A stretch of DNA of 64,000 nt from an uncultured Coriobacteriia bacterium (GTDB taxonomy: Bacteria > Actinomycetota > Coriobacteriia > Anaerosomatales > JAAXUF01), in the NCBI GenBank assembly GCA_963789515.1, contig CAWBKW010000009.1:31088-95087 (forward strand), given 5' to 3'. The notes beneath the pieces were generated by a model, which worked only from the letters and a program-made list of their open reading frames with translations, did not search any database and had not been told where the DNA came from. Numbering within the stretch: the stretch's first letter is position 1; each line of letters starts with the position of its first letter. The translations under genes and the position numbers were made by a program. Positions 1-10,147 of the stretch are shown here, one piece after another.

Positions 1-61
1 CTTGCTGCGTCACGAAGCTCAGTCGGAAAGACTATACTGGGCCTAGTGACTCGCCCTGGAG

Positions 62-75
62 GTTTCACGTGAAAC
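62..75. promoter_or_regulatory. parS: parS centromere site (ParB binding)
   Basis: Perfect palindrome GTTTCACGTGAAAC, the actinobacterial parS consensus, about 0.8 kb upstream of parA and overlapping the rsmG GTG start. Confidence 0.92.
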
Positions 76-791
76 ATGTCCTGCTTGTGGATGAGCTCGA
101 TCGCTATCTGAATCTCGCAGGACTCCGCGTCCAGCCAGCGCAGCTTGAACTGTTGGCTCGACACATCGAGCTAGTGCTCGAGGCCAATCAGCGGGTCAAC
201 CTCACAAGGGTCACGGATCCCAGTGCTGCCGTGAGGCTTCATACTGCCGATTCCCTGACGGTGCTTCCCGAGGTTCAGTCCGCACCCCAAGGGCCGCTGC
301 TCGATCTGGGTTCGGGGGCCGGATTCCCCGGCATCCCTCTCGCCATTTGCACGACCAGACGAATCACGCTTCTTGATTCTGTCGGCAAGAAGATGCGAGA
401 ACTGAGGCTGATCGTCTCCGAGCTCGACCTGTCTCATCAGGTGGAGGCAGTGGCTGACCGAGCGGAGTCGTTGGCGTCCACCAACAGAGCATCCTTCGGC
501 GTGGTGACAGCGCGTGCGGTGTCCGAGCTCCCGGCTCTGGTGGAACTCGCCGCTCCCCTGCTTAAGCGTGGGGGAACGTTGATCTGCCTCAAGGGCTCCC
601 CCCATTCAGACGAGTTCGCTCGAGCCGATTCAGTAGGCGAACTGGTGGGAATGCGCCTGAGCCAAGTACGCCGTTTCGAACTCCCCGAGGGCGCCGGTCA
701 TCGGACCATCGTCTGCTACGAGCGGCGCGCCGGCTCGCAGGTCAAGTTGCCGCGGCGACCCGGTCTCGCACAGCATTCACCGCTCGCGTGA
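69..791 (+). CDS. rsmG: 16S rRNA (guanine(527)-N7)-methyltransferase
   Basis: VNLTR, H-x-x-DSL, LDLGSGAGFPGIPL and TARAV motifs; canonical position before parA. Confidence 0.95.
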   Translation: MKHVLLVDELDRYLNLAGLRVQPAQLELLARHIELVLEANQRVNLTRVTDPSAAVRLHTADSLTVLPEVQSAPQGPLLDLGSGAGFPGIPLAICTTRRITLLDSVGKKMRELRLIVSELDLSHQVEAVADRAESLASTNRASFGVVTARAVSELPALVELAAPLLKRGGTLICLKGSPHSDEFARADSVGELVGMRLSQVRRFELPEGAGHRTIVCYERRAGSQVKLPRRPGLAQHSPLA

Positions 792-863
792 GACCCTATC
801 CTGCGGCTGGCCGCTGGACTATACTCCTGCATTGATGGCTCACTGACGGGAAGAGGGGGACGA

Positions 864-1661
864 GTGCCATACGGAGACTCAGTTCGACGTCGTACCGGGC
901 CTGGACTGCTGCTTGCGGTGGTCAACCAGAAGGGCGGAGTCGGCAAGAGCACTACGGCGGTGAACCTTGCGGCTTCCCTGGGGCAGCTGGGATTCAAGAC
1001 ACTGCTCGTTGACTTGGATCCCCAAGGAAACGCGACCTCGGGCTTCGGGCTGAACAAGAATCAGCGCGAGCTCTGCATCTACAACGCGCTTCTGGGTGAT
1101 ACGTCGCTTGCCGAGATCATAGAACCGGTTGAGATCGAGCACGTCTTCGTGGCGCCGGCGACTATTCAGCTTGCAGGTGCCGAGATCGAGCTCGTCTCGG
1201 CGTTCAGTCGAGAGACGAAGCTGAAGTCGATTCTCGAGCCCGTCGCGGACGACTTCGATTTCGTGATCATCGACTGCCCGCCGTCCCTCGGTCTCCTCAC
1301 CATCAACGCCCTCACAGCGGTAGATGGACTGCTCATCCCCATCCAATGCGAGTACTACGCCCTTGAGGGGCTCTCCAAGCTGCTGGACAGCGTCCGGCTG
1401 GTGAAGACCCATCTGAATCCTCAGCTGGAGGTCTTCGGAGTCGTGATGACCATGTATGACTCTCGGACGCGCCTGGCGCAACAGGTGGTTGAAGAGGTGC
1501 GGGACTTCTTCGAGGACAAGGTGTTCAATACGCTCATTCCGCGCACCGTGCGGTTGTCTGAAGCACCAAGCTTCGGGAAACCGGTAACCCTGTACGACCC
1601 GACGGGCAAGGGCGCCCAAGCCTACTCGAGCCTAGCGAAGGAAGTGGTCGAACGTGTCTAG
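864..1661 (+). CDS. parA: Chromosome partitioning ATPase ParA/Soj
   Basis: NQKGGVGKST deviant Walker A, DLDPQGNAT, IDCPPSLG, QCEYYALEG. Confidence 0.96.
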   Translation: MPYGDSVRRRTGPGLLLAVVNQKGGVGKSTTAVNLAASLGQLGFKTLLVDLDPQGNATSGFGLNKNQRELCIYNALLGDTSLAEIIEPVEIEHVFVAPATIQLAGAEIELVSAFSRETKLKSILEPVADDFDFVIIDCPPSLGLLTINALTAVDGLLIPIQCEYYALEGLSKLLDSVRLVKTHLNPQLEVFGVVMTMYDSRTRLAQQVVEEVRDFFEDKVFNTLIPRTVRLSEAPSFGKPVTLYDPTGKGAQAYSSLAKEVVERV

Positions 1662-2535
1662 AAGGGGACTAGGACGAGGGCTGTCCGCGCTGATCCCGAG
1701 CGCTTCTCAGGAGTCACAGACCAACGGGGATGTATACGAACTCGCAATCGAGATGATCTCCCCCAATCCGGACCAGCCGCGCACGGATCTTTCCGAGGAC
1801 AGCCTGCTCGAGCTCAGCGACTCAATCAAGAAGGTCGGGCTTCTGCAGCCGATCCTGGTCCGCCCGATGGGCGAGGGCTACCAGATCATCGCCGGGGAGA
1901 GGCGGTGGCGGGCCTCTCGGCACGCCGGACTCGAGCGGGTGCCTGTTCGAGTCCGAACGAGCACCGAGATCGAGTCTCTTGAGATAGCACTGATTGAGAA
2001 CCTGCAGCGCAAGGACCTTAACCCGATGGAGGAGGCGCGCGGCTACCGTCGGCTGCTCACCGAGCATCGGATGACCCAGGCGGAGCTCGCCGACAAGGTG
2101 TCGAAGTCCCGCTCGACCATCACCAACGCACTCAGGCTGATAGACCTGCCTGAAGAGGTGCAGGAGATGGTCTACCTGGGGGGCATGACCGCCGGCCACG
2201 CGCGGGCCGTCTTGTCGGTTCCGGATGAGACAGCACGCCTCAAGCTGGCCCACCGAATCGTCGACGACGGACTCTCCGTGCGCGAGGCCGAGAATCTCGC
2301 CCGGCTCTTTGCGGCCGGCCAGACCGACCGTACGCCTCGGCCCCCGACGCCCAAGTCCTTCAAGGTCGTGGCGCGGCAACTGCGTCGACGTCTTGGAACG
2401 AATGTGCGGGTGAAGCTCACGAAGGACCGCGGGAAGATCGAGATTGATTTCCAGGGCGAGGAAGACCTGGACCGCATCTATCGGCTGCTGACAGTAGCGG
2501 AGGCCGCGCCGGCCAGCCAGGAGGTCGAGGAGTGA
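1654..2535 (+). CDS. parB: Chromosome partitioning protein ParB/Spo0J
   Basis: GLGRGLSALI N-terminus, IIAGERRWRA, LIENLQRKDL, HTH KSRSTITN. Confidence 0.96.
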   Translation: MSRRGLGRGLSALIPSASQESQTNGDVYELAIEMISPNPDQPRTDLSEDSLLELSDSIKKVGLLQPILVRPMGEGYQIIAGERRWRASRHAGLERVPVRVRTSTEIESLEIALIENLQRKDLNPMEEARGYRRLLTEHRMTQAELADKVSKSRSTITNALRLIDLPEEVQEMVYLGGMTAGHARAVLSVPDETARLKLAHRIVDDGLSVREAENLARLFAAGQTDRTPRPPTPKSFKVVARQLRRRLGTNVRVKLTKDRGKIEIDFQGEEDLDRIYRLLTVAEAAPASQEVEE

Positions 2536-2825
2536 AGAGGAATCTGGAATATTTTGTCATAGGTGCCGTTGTGGGAGGATTGGGCGGTCTTCTGATCGGT
2601 CTCCTGCTCGCACCGAGCTCCGGCTATGCGACCAGGCAGCGGCTTGCAGTAGAGGCCCGGCGTGCAGCTGAGGTGGCGCGCGCGCTGGCGGACCGGGCCG
2701 AGAGTGCTGCCGAGATGCTCGGGGGCAAGGTGGATCACTATCTCGGCCGAGACGAAGAAGTCGCCTGGCGCAAGGTCCGAGAGATTCGAGAGGGAGTGCA
2801 GAACTACACCGTCACCCAGGACTGA
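2532..2825 (+). CDS. YtxH-like small membrane-anchored protein
   Basis: Gly-rich N-terminal helix followed by LLLAPSSGxxTR and a helical tail; GTGA overlap with parB. Confidence 0.7.
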   Translation: MKRNLEYFVIGAVVGGLGGLLIGLLLAPSSGYATRQRLAVEARRAAEVARALADRAESAAEMLGGKVDHYLGRDEEVAWRKVREIREGVQNYTVTQD

Positions 2826-2869
2826 TGTCAGACCTCAGCGGATAGTGGGTTCTGACCAAGGAGCAACAC

Positions 2870-5674
2870 ATGCCGCTGAAGCTTGTCGTCGGCCGCGCCA
2901 ATGCGGGCAAGACCGGCTGGATTCTGAAGTGGGCCTTCGAGTCCCTCGAGCAAGGCACTCCCCCGACCCTTGTGGTTCCCAGCCTGGCGGATGTTCGGCG
3001 ACTCCAGCGGGAGCTGTCCGCGAAGGCGCCCCTCGGTGTTCGGGTGCTGACGCCCCACACCCTGGCGGAGGAACTTTGGCAGCTGCACGGAGATGGCCGC
3101 CGGCTGATCGGCGGTGCGGCGCGTTCGGCGATAGTCAGGAAGATTCTGGCAGAGCCCGTGCCGGAGGAACTCTTGCCGTCCGCGAGGGCACCCGGTTTCG
3201 AGCAACTGATGATCAGGACGGTGCGCCGGAGCTCCCCGACGGTCACGCGCGCGAGATCCACCGGGCCTGCGGATGCTCTCGTGCTCGATCTCCTGCGGCG
3301 TTACGGGGACGCCCTCAGCGATCTTGGCCTGGTAGAGGAGGAATGGATCGGCTCGCTGCTCGCCGATGCCCCGCCCGAAACGGGCTTCCTTGCCTTCCTG
3401 CACTTCACCACGTTCTCGTCTTCGCAGGTCGCGCATATCAGGTCTCTTGCCGAGGCGAACACCGTTTGCGCCGCTGTGACCTGGGAGGAAGGGTACGCCC
3501 CTACCGCGGCCAACGGTCACACGGTTGCTGCGCTCGTCGAGCGCGCTACCGAGATCCAAGTGGCCACAGAGCGACCGGCCGGCTCGGAACTCGACGGGTT
3601 GTCCGCCCGGCTTTACGCCGGAGCGGGGTCGCTGCGACCCACGGGACAACTCGTGCTGGGCGAGGCGAGGGGTAAAGAGGCGGAGGTGGTGCTGGCCGCC
3701 GGCCTCGCCGGTCGCGCGGTTCGGAGCGGTATCGCTCCCGACCGCGTCGCGGTCGTGTTCGGTGAAGTGGGGCCGCGCCTGCACGCGCTGCGCAATGCGA
3801 TGGCAGCGGAGGGCCTGGAGGCGGACTTCGACTGCCCGTTGAGCGTGGGCGCGACCTCATTCGGAAGGGCGCTCATCGCGCTGCTCACCGTCGCGACCGG
3901 CAGGGGAGCACGCGCTCAGGCCCTACAGTTCCTGCAGGGACCCTACAGCGATGCCGACGTGGTGGCTGTGGCGCGCCTGGACGCCGAATGGAGGGAGCGG
4001 CGCCAGACCGACGACAGTGCCCGCGTTCTGGCGGGATTGACCGGGCTCGGCGGCACGGCAGGATACGCGGCCTCGCTGTGCCGAGACGTCGCCCGCGTTC
4101 CGCTGGACGCGGCGAACGTCCCGAAATGGCAGGAATTGGCAGATTGTCTCATCGCCACGGCCGTTGCGACGGACTCACATGAGGCCCGAGGCGTGGACAC
4201 GAGCGCGCACAGGTCTGTCACGGCGGCGATCGCCGAGATGGCCTCCGTCCCGGGTCATCCGTTCAGCGCAGGGGACGTACTGGACTCGCTCGCGGTGCTG
4301 CCTTGCGCGATTGCTGAGGAGGAGTCAGCCGGCCGCGTGCAGGTCATCGAGGCGTCACGCATGGGCTCACGACGATTCGACGAGGTCGTGATCGCAGGTT
4401 TGACTCAGGCCGAGTTCCCTCTGGCGCCCCGCGACACCTTCGCATCGGAGGTCCAGGCACTGGCGACAGAGCGTTCGAACGCCAGCGACGAAGCAAGAGC
4501 GAGGTTGGAGTTCTACTCACTGATGACCCGCGCGCGTACGCGCCTGTCGCTCATTCGCCAGGCGGTGAGCAGCGACGGCAAGCCGCAACTCGCATCGCCC
4601 CTGCTCGAGGAGGTCCTCGATGTCTATAGAGAACGCTGCGGTACCCCGGAAGCCCTCGAAGCCAGGTTGGCTGAACTCGAGATCGTGCGCTGTGAGGACG
4701 CCCGGTCGTTCATGCCCGTGTTCACGCAAGGGCGCCGCGAGCAGCGACAGGGCGCCGAGGAGACCCTGCCTCCGATCAGGCGCGTGTCTCACTGCTCGGT
4801 GAGCGCTGAGGCCGCGGGCGAACTTGTCGGCGCGCGCGTCTTCTCGGCGACCGAGATCGGAGACTACCTGCAGTGCCCGTACCGATGGTTCTACGCTCGA
4901 GTCCTGCGTCCCGGAGAGATCGATACTGAGCTTGACGCAGCGGCCCTGGGAAGCCGCACCCACCGGATCATCGCCGACTTCTACGACGCGCTGAAAGGGG
5001 AGGGCATCGAGCGTGTGACACAGGAGACGCTCCCTGGCGCACTCGAGCTGTTCGATCGCAGCGCAGACGGCTCGGAGCGCGCCATGGCGACCCCCCAGGG
5101 CATCTCTGAGGAGATCGACACGGCACGCGCACGCGCATGGGCCCGGCACGTCGTGGAAGACGACGCGTATCTGCTTCCCGGCTACACGCCATGGGGGCAC
5201 GAGATCGGTTTCGGCCGTGAGACCGCCTTCGAGTTCGCGGGAGTCCGCCTATCGGGCCGCATCGACAGGATCGACATCGGCCCCGCGGGCATGGTGGTCA
5301 CGGACTACAAGTCCAGCCGAGAGGTCGCCAAGCTGGCGCGACCGGGAGAGGACTCCGGCATCCAGCACCTCCTGTACGCGCTGGCTGCCGAGCAACTCCT
5401 CGATCTGCCGGTCGTGGGGTCGGTCTATCGCTCGCTGCGCGCAAGAAGGCTGCGAGGGGTCTGGCGAAGCGACTTGCTCAAGTGCCTTCCGCCCGAGGCG
5501 TGCGATCGGGACGCAGTGGACGCCGAGGGGTTCTCGGCGCTCGTGGATTCGCTGGCCGTGCGAGTTGAAGCGGCGGTTGACGGAATGGCAGCCGGCCGCA
5601 TTCCGCGCGCCCCGAAGGGCGCCGATTCCTGCAGGTACTGTGCGATCAAGACCACCTGCGAAGGAGCGCTGTGA
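2870..5674 (+). CDS. addB: AddB/RexB-like helicase-nuclease subunit (PD-(D/E)XK nuclease with Fe-S staple)
   Basis: N-terminal GRANAGKT, C-terminal YLQCPYRW...GRIDRID...DYKS...CRYCAIKTTC; coupled to the UvrD-type gene. Confidence 0.8.
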   Translation: MPLKLVVGRANAGKTGWILKWAFESLEQGTPPTLVVPSLADVRRLQRELSAKAPLGVRVLTPHTLAEELWQLHGDGRRLIGGAARSAIVRKILAEPVPEELLPSARAPGFEQLMIRTVRRSSPTVTRARSTGPADALVLDLLRRYGDALSDLGLVEEEWIGSLLADAPPETGFLAFLHFTTFSSSQVAHIRSLAEANTVCAAVTWEEGYAPTAANGHTVAALVERATEIQVATERPAGSELDGLSARLYAGAGSLRPTGQLVLGEARGKEAEVVLAAGLAGRAVRSGIAPDRVAVVFGEVGPRLHALRNAMAAEGLEADFDCPLSVGATSFGRALIALLTVATGRGARAQALQFLQGPYSDADVVAVARLDAEWRERRQTDDSARVLAGLTGLGGTAGYAASLCRDVARVPLDAANVPKWQELADCLIATAVATDSHEARGVDTSAHRSVTAAIAEMASVPGHPFSAGDVLDSLAVLPCAIAEEESAGRVQVIEASRMGSRRFDEVVIAGLTQAEFPLAPRDTFASEVQALATERSNASDEARARLEFYSLMTRARTRLSLIRQAVSSDGKPQLASPLLEEVLDVYRERCGTPEALEARLAELEIVRCEDARSFMPVFTQGRREQRQGAEETLPPIRRVSHCSVSAEAAGELVGARVFSATEIGDYLQCPYRWFYARVLRPGEIDTELDAAALGSRTHRIIADFYDALKGEGIERVTQETLPGALELFDRSADGSERAMATPQGISEEIDTARARAWARHVVEDDAYLLPGYTPWGHEIGFGRETAFEFAGVRLSGRIDRIDIGPAGMVVTDYKSSREVAKLARPGEDSGIQHLLYALAAEQLLDLPVVGSVYRSLRARRLRGVWRSDLLKCLPPEACDRDAVDAEGFSALVDSLAVRVEAAVDGMAAGRIPRAPKGADSCRYCAIKTTCEGAL

Positions 5675-8600
5675 AGGTGAGCCTCAACCAAGAACAGGAG
5701 CTCGCGGCGAAGTGTCTCAGCGGCCGGGTGCTGGTGACGGCGGGGGCCGGTTCCGGCAAGACGAGGATGCTCACGGAGCGCTTCGCCAACGCCGTGGTCC
5801 CGGGACGACTGGAGGGCTGGTCTCCCGTCGACCCGGGAAGCGTCGTGGCGATCACCTACACCGAGAAGGCCGCGGGAGAGATCGCCGAGCGCGTGAGGGC
5901 CGAGATCGGAAGATCCCCGGCCGCTACCGCGGCGGGCTGCGACGACCTGTGGATTTCGACGATCCACGGATTCTGCAGCCGGATCCTGCGTCGCAATCCG
6001 TTCGAGGCCGGGATCGACCCGCTCTTCTCGGTGGCTGACACCCTCGAGGCGGGGCGCCTGAAGGAGCAGGCGTTCGACGATGCGCTCAGGCAGCTCGACG
6101 GCGCCGGCGGCCGCCTTCGAGAACTGCTGGAGGCCTACAGGCCTGACGCGGTGTTCGCGGCTACGCTTGAGGTGGTGCGGCAACTGGCGGTGGCCGGCCT
6201 GGACCCCGAGTCGATTCGTCTTGAACCCGCGCGAACCGTCTCTGAACTGCTGGAGGAAGCCGAGTCGCTCTTCGGGGACGGGCTGTCGACCTGCGATATC
6301 GACTACCACGGGAGCAGCAACGCCCCTATCGAGCACTCGGAGCACTGTGGCGAACTCCTGGCTGAGTGCTCGGTGATCGCCTCGCTCGACCACTCGGACC
6401 GGGGGACGCTCGAGCGGATCATGGGGCTGGCGCAGAGCTATCGGCCCCTGAGGAAGCTGAAGGGATTCGACGACATCAACGAGGAGTTGACCAAGCGCAA
6501 GGAGCAGCTCGCGGCGCACGTGGCCGGAGCGCTGGCTGCCGATCATGCGGCGGTACTGCGCGAACTCGTGATCGAGTATGCGGGCGGATATCGGCGGCTC
6601 AAGGACCGGGCCGGCGTACTCGACTTCGAGGACCTGCAGACAAAAGCGGTCGACCTGTTGGTCGGCAGGCCGGAGATAGCGGGGGCATATCGCGAGCGGT
6701 TCCGGGTCGTGATGATCGACGAGTTCCAGGACACCGACTCGCTGCAGGTGCGACTCGTTGAGCAAGTGGCGGGGGAGAACCTGTGCACGGTCGGCGACGA
6801 GATGCAGTCGATCTACGGTTTCCGCGGTGCGGATGTGGAAGTCTACCGACAGCATCGGGCGTCGATGGAAGCGGGAGGAGCACTGGTCGCCGAGCTGGCG
6901 ACGAACTACCGCTCGCATCCCGGGATCCTTGCGTTCGTCAATCAGGTGTTCGGCTCCGAGGAGTACTCCCGGAACCGGACGCTTCCACTGAAGCCGGCTC
7001 CCCAGGGACGGGGCGCGCAGCCGCTCGACGAAGCACTCGACGGGCAGCCGCGGGTCGAAGTGCTCTTCGTCGACGCCGGAGCCCAAGGACTCGGATCGGC
7101 TCGCGTGCGCGAAGCGGCGGAGGTGGCCGATCGCCTCGCCGAGCTCAGGCGTGGCGGCATGGAGCCGGGTGACGTCGCGGTGCTCCTCAGGGCCTACGCG
7201 GACGCGCACATCTACGCGGATGCGCTCTCCGAGCGCGGCATCCCCGCGGTGATCATCGGCGGCGGCCGGTTCTTCGGCCTGCCCGAGACAGCGGTGATGC
7301 GCGCACTGACCCGAGTCATCGCCAACGTGCGGGACGAAGAAGCGCTCGGTGTGCTGCTCGTCTCGGAGTTCATTCCGGTGTCGGACGACGCGCTCCTCAG
7401 GTTGCGGCTGGATGCCCCGGATCGGCGGACGTCACTGTGGGAGCTGGTCTGCTCGGGAAGCGAAGCGCCTGAAACCGCCGACGCCGAAGCGTTCGGACGG
7501 CTGCGGGAGGTCGTCGAGGCCGCCCGGTCGCGCGTGGGGCGCGAACCGCTCGCCGACGTGCTGCTGAGGGCGGTGGAAGAGGCCGGCTACGACCTTCGTC
7601 TGCTCGGGCAGGGCAACAGCGGACGGGACGCGTTCGCCAACGTCCTCAAGTTCGCGCGCCGGGCCGCGGAGTTCGAACTGCGCGACGGATCGGGGCCCGC
7701 GGGGTTCTCGGCGTACCTGGACGCCAAGGAGCGGCTCAACGACCTCGAGGCGCCCGACAGCGCCGTCGACGAGGGGGCGAGTTCGGTCCAGATCATGAGC
7801 ATCCACGCGTCCAAGGGCCTGGAGTTTCCGGTGGTCGTTGTACCCGATATCGGGAGGACGGGCAGGCGCAGCGGGGGCATCGTCCGTACTGAGCGCGCCC
7901 CGGACGAGCTTCTGGTCGCGCTCAAGACCCCGCAGAACACCGACGACGGGGAGTCGCTTCCCGGCTCGGAGTGGTTCACCGCGTTCGACAGACGGGCGAC
8001 CGCCGCGGAGGAGGAGGGCCTTGAACGCCTGTTCTATGTCGCCCTGACCCGGGCGCGCGATCTCCTCCTGGTCAGCGGTTCCGGCAACCTCAATCCGGCC
8101 AAGCGTTCCACCAGGAACCTCGACATCGTCAAACTGGCGCGGGTGCTGGGATATGACGTGCCGATCGGAGAGAACCGCGACGAGGTCCACACTGGCGCCA
8201 CCGGGCAGACGTGTCGCGTGCGGGTCATCGACCTGGCGGACGGGCAGCCGACGACGCCCCCGAACCGCGCTCCGCAATCGAACGCATCTCCTCCCGCGTT
8301 CGGAGCGCCGCTGGCTGCTCCCCTCGCACGAGGATGGCGGCCGGACACCGTCTCGTACACACAGCTGAGCGAGTTCGAGCGGTGTCCCCGGCAGTTCCGT
8401 GTTCGCAGGGTGCTCGGCATCGCACCGCCCGCGGCGGTGGCTTCGGGCCGCCCTGAGCCGAAACGGCTGGGAATCGCCTTGCATGCAGCCCTGCGGTTGC
8501 TCACGTCGGACGGAGCGCCGCCCGACGAAGCGCGAATCCAGGCCCTGGCACGCTACTTCGAACTCGACCCCGAGGAGGCCGACAGGCTCAGGGAGTCGAC

Positions 8601-9105
8601 CGCGCGCTACTGCGAGTCCGACGTCGCCCGACGCGCGACCGAAGCCGACATCGTGATGCGCGAGGCCCCCCTGTCTGTCGCTGTCGGCGGGGGACTGTTC
8701 GTCATGGCAGGGAGCATCGACCTGTACGCGCGGAACGAAGACACGGTGCTGATCGTCGACTACAAGTCGGGGACGTCCGGGGTGCACGAGGAGCTCGTTG
8801 AACGCTACCGGCTGCAGGCGGAGTGCTATGCGTTCGCCGCGCTGGGTGAGGGGTGTGCACGTGTCGAGGTCGTGTTCGTCCGGCCCGAGTCGATTCGCGA
8901 CGGCCAGGTGGAGCAGATCGGCTTCTCGTTCGACGCCACGGACGCCGGCTCCATCGAGGAGGGGCTGGTCAGCCGGTACCGGCAGATCGAGGAGTCCGAC
9001 TTCGCGCCGGCGCCCGGAGCTGCGTGCGCCGGCTGCGACGTGCCTCGGGGGCTGTGCGAACACCGCGCCGAGGGCGAAGCAGCCAGCGCGCTGCGAAGTC
9101 GCTAG
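5671..9105 (+). CDS. addA: AddA-like UvrD/SF1 helicase with C-terminal nuclease
   Basis: AGAGSGKT, IDEFQDT, VGDEMQSIYGFRGA, NYRS, SIHASKGLEF, YVALTRARD, IDL...VDYKS. Confidence 0.85.
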   Translation: MKVSLNQEQELAAKCLSGRVLVTAGAGSGKTRMLTERFANAVVPGRLEGWSPVDPGSVVAITYTEKAAGEIAERVRAEIGRSPAATAAGCDDLWISTIHGFCSRILRRNPFEAGIDPLFSVADTLEAGRLKEQAFDDALRQLDGAGGRLRELLEAYRPDAVFAATLEVVRQLAVAGLDPESIRLEPARTVSELLEEAESLFGDGLSTCDIDYHGSSNAPIEHSEHCGELLAECSVIASLDHSDRGTLERIMGLAQSYRPLRKLKGFDDINEELTKRKEQLAAHVAGALAADHAAVLRELVIEYAGGYRRLKDRAGVLDFEDLQTKAVDLLVGRPEIAGAYRERFRVVMIDEFQDTDSLQVRLVEQVAGENLCTVGDEMQSIYGFRGADVEVYRQHRASMEAGGALVAELATNYRSHPGILAFVNQVFGSEEYSRNRTLPLKPAPQGRGAQPLDEALDGQPRVEVLFVDAGAQGLGSARVREAAEVADRLAELRRGGMEPGDVAVLLRAYADAHIYADALSERGIPAVIIGGGRFFGLPETAVMRALTRVIANVRDEEALGVLLVSEFIPVSDDALLRLRLDAPDRRTSLWELVCSGSEAPETADAEAFGRLREVVEAARSRVGREPLADVLLRAVEEAGYDLRLLGQGNSGRDAFANVLKFARRAAEFELRDGSGPAGFSAYLDAKERLNDLEAPDSAVDEGASSVQIMSIHASKGLEFPVVVVPDIGRTGRRSGGIVRTERAPDELLVALKTPQNTDDGESLPGSEWFTAFDRRATAAEEEGLERLFYVALTRARDLLLVSGSGNLNPAKRSTRNLDIVKLARVLGYDVPIGENRDEVHTGATGQTCRVRVIDLADGQPTTPPNRAPQSNASPPAFGAPLAAPLARGWRPDTVSYTQLSEFERCPRQFRVRRVLGIAPPAAVASGRPEPKRLGIALHAALRLLTSDGAPPDEARIQALARYFELDPEEADRLRESTARYCESDVARRATEADIVMREAPLSVAVGGGLFVMAGSIDLYARNEDTVLIVDYKSGTSGVHEELVERYRLQAECYAFAALGEGCARVEVVFVRPESIRDGQVEQIGFSFDATDAGSIEEGLVSRYRQIEESDFAPAPGAACAGCDVPRGLCEHRAEGEAASALRSR

Positions 9106-10145
9106 GCGCCGGTCGCACGCTGCCGCAGCTGCCCGCAAGCGGCGTCGATGTCGGAGCCTCTCTCGGCGCGTGTGGAGACCTCGATGCCCGCATCGCTCAG
9201 GCCGCGCTCGAACGCCACGAGCCGCTCGGTGGGGGAGCGGGCGAAGCCGGTGTCGGTCACGGGGTTCACGGGGATGAGGTTCACGTGCACGAGCATCCCC
9301 CGGCAGAACCCGACGAGCGCGCCGAGCTCGGCCGGGCTGTCGTTGACGCCGTCGATGAGCGCGTACTCGAGGGAGGGGCGTCGGCCGGTCTTCTCGGCGT
9401 AGTCGATGAGAGCCGCGCGCAGCTGTGACAGCCCGAGCGCGCGGACGCCCGGCATCAGCCGGTCGCGCGTCTCCTGGACCGCCGAGTGGAGCGAGACGGC
9501 GAGCGTGAACTGCTCGGGCTCCTCGGCGAACCGGGCGATGCCGGAGATGAGCCCGCAGGTCGAGACGGTGAGGTGGCGCGCTCCGATGCCGAGGCCGGAG
9601 TCGGCGTTCATGAAGCGCAGCCCGCCCAAGGTCGCGTCGTAGTTGGCGAACGGCTCGCCCTGGCCCATGGCCACGGCGTTGGAGACCCGGCGGCCGAAGT
9701 CGTCGGCGACGAGGCGGACCTGGTCGACCATCTCGCCGGGTCCGAGGTCGCGCACGAGCCCGCCGCTGCCGGTCGCGCAGAAGGCGCAGCCCATCGCGCA
9801 TCCGGCCTGCGTCGAGAAGCACACGGTGAGGCGGTCGCCGCTGGGAAGCCCGACGGTCTCGACCGTGGCGCCCCCGGCGAGCCCCACGAGGTACTTGCGG
9901 GTTCCGTCCGCCGACTCCTGGCGCTGCAGGACAGAGGGAGGGGACAGCGCCAGCCGACCCGCGAGGGTCTCTCGCAGGCCGGCTGGGAGGTCCGTCATCT
10001 CGGCGAAGGAGCCGACGCCCCGCCCGTACAGCCAGTGCTCGATCTGCCGAGCGCGGAAGCGCGGCTGGCCGAGGTCGCTGACGAGCGCTTCGAGCCCCGG
10101 CCGGTCGAGTGCCTTGATGCCGACGAGCTCGACGTCGGAGGCCAC
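9102..10145 (-). CDS. rlmN: 23S rRNA (adenine-C2)-methyltransferase RlmN
   Basis: CFSTQAGCAMGCAFCATG, MGQGEP, SLHSA, DIDAACGQL. Confidence 0.95.
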   Translation of the reverse strand: MASDVELVGIKALDRPGLEALVSDLGQPRFRARQIEHWLYGRGVGSFAEMTDLPAGLRETLAGRLALSPPSVLQRQESADGTRKYLVGLAGGATVETVGLPSGDRLTVCFSTQAGCAMGCAFCATGSGGLVRDLGPGEMVDQVRLVADDFGRRVSNAVAMGQGEPFANYDATLGGLRFMNADSGLGIGARHLTVSTCGLISGIARFAEEPEQFTLAVSLHSAVQETRDRLMPGVRALGLSQLRAALIDYAEKTGRRPSLEYALIDGVNDSPAELGALVGFCRGMLVHVNLIPVNPVTDTGFARSPTERLVAFERGLSDAGIEVSTRAERGSDIDAACGQLRQRATGA

Positions 10146-10147
10146 GG

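Noticed and set aside
4800-5674. Cas4-like nuclease
   Set aside because: It is the C-terminal domain of the AddB-like subunit coupled to a UvrD helicase
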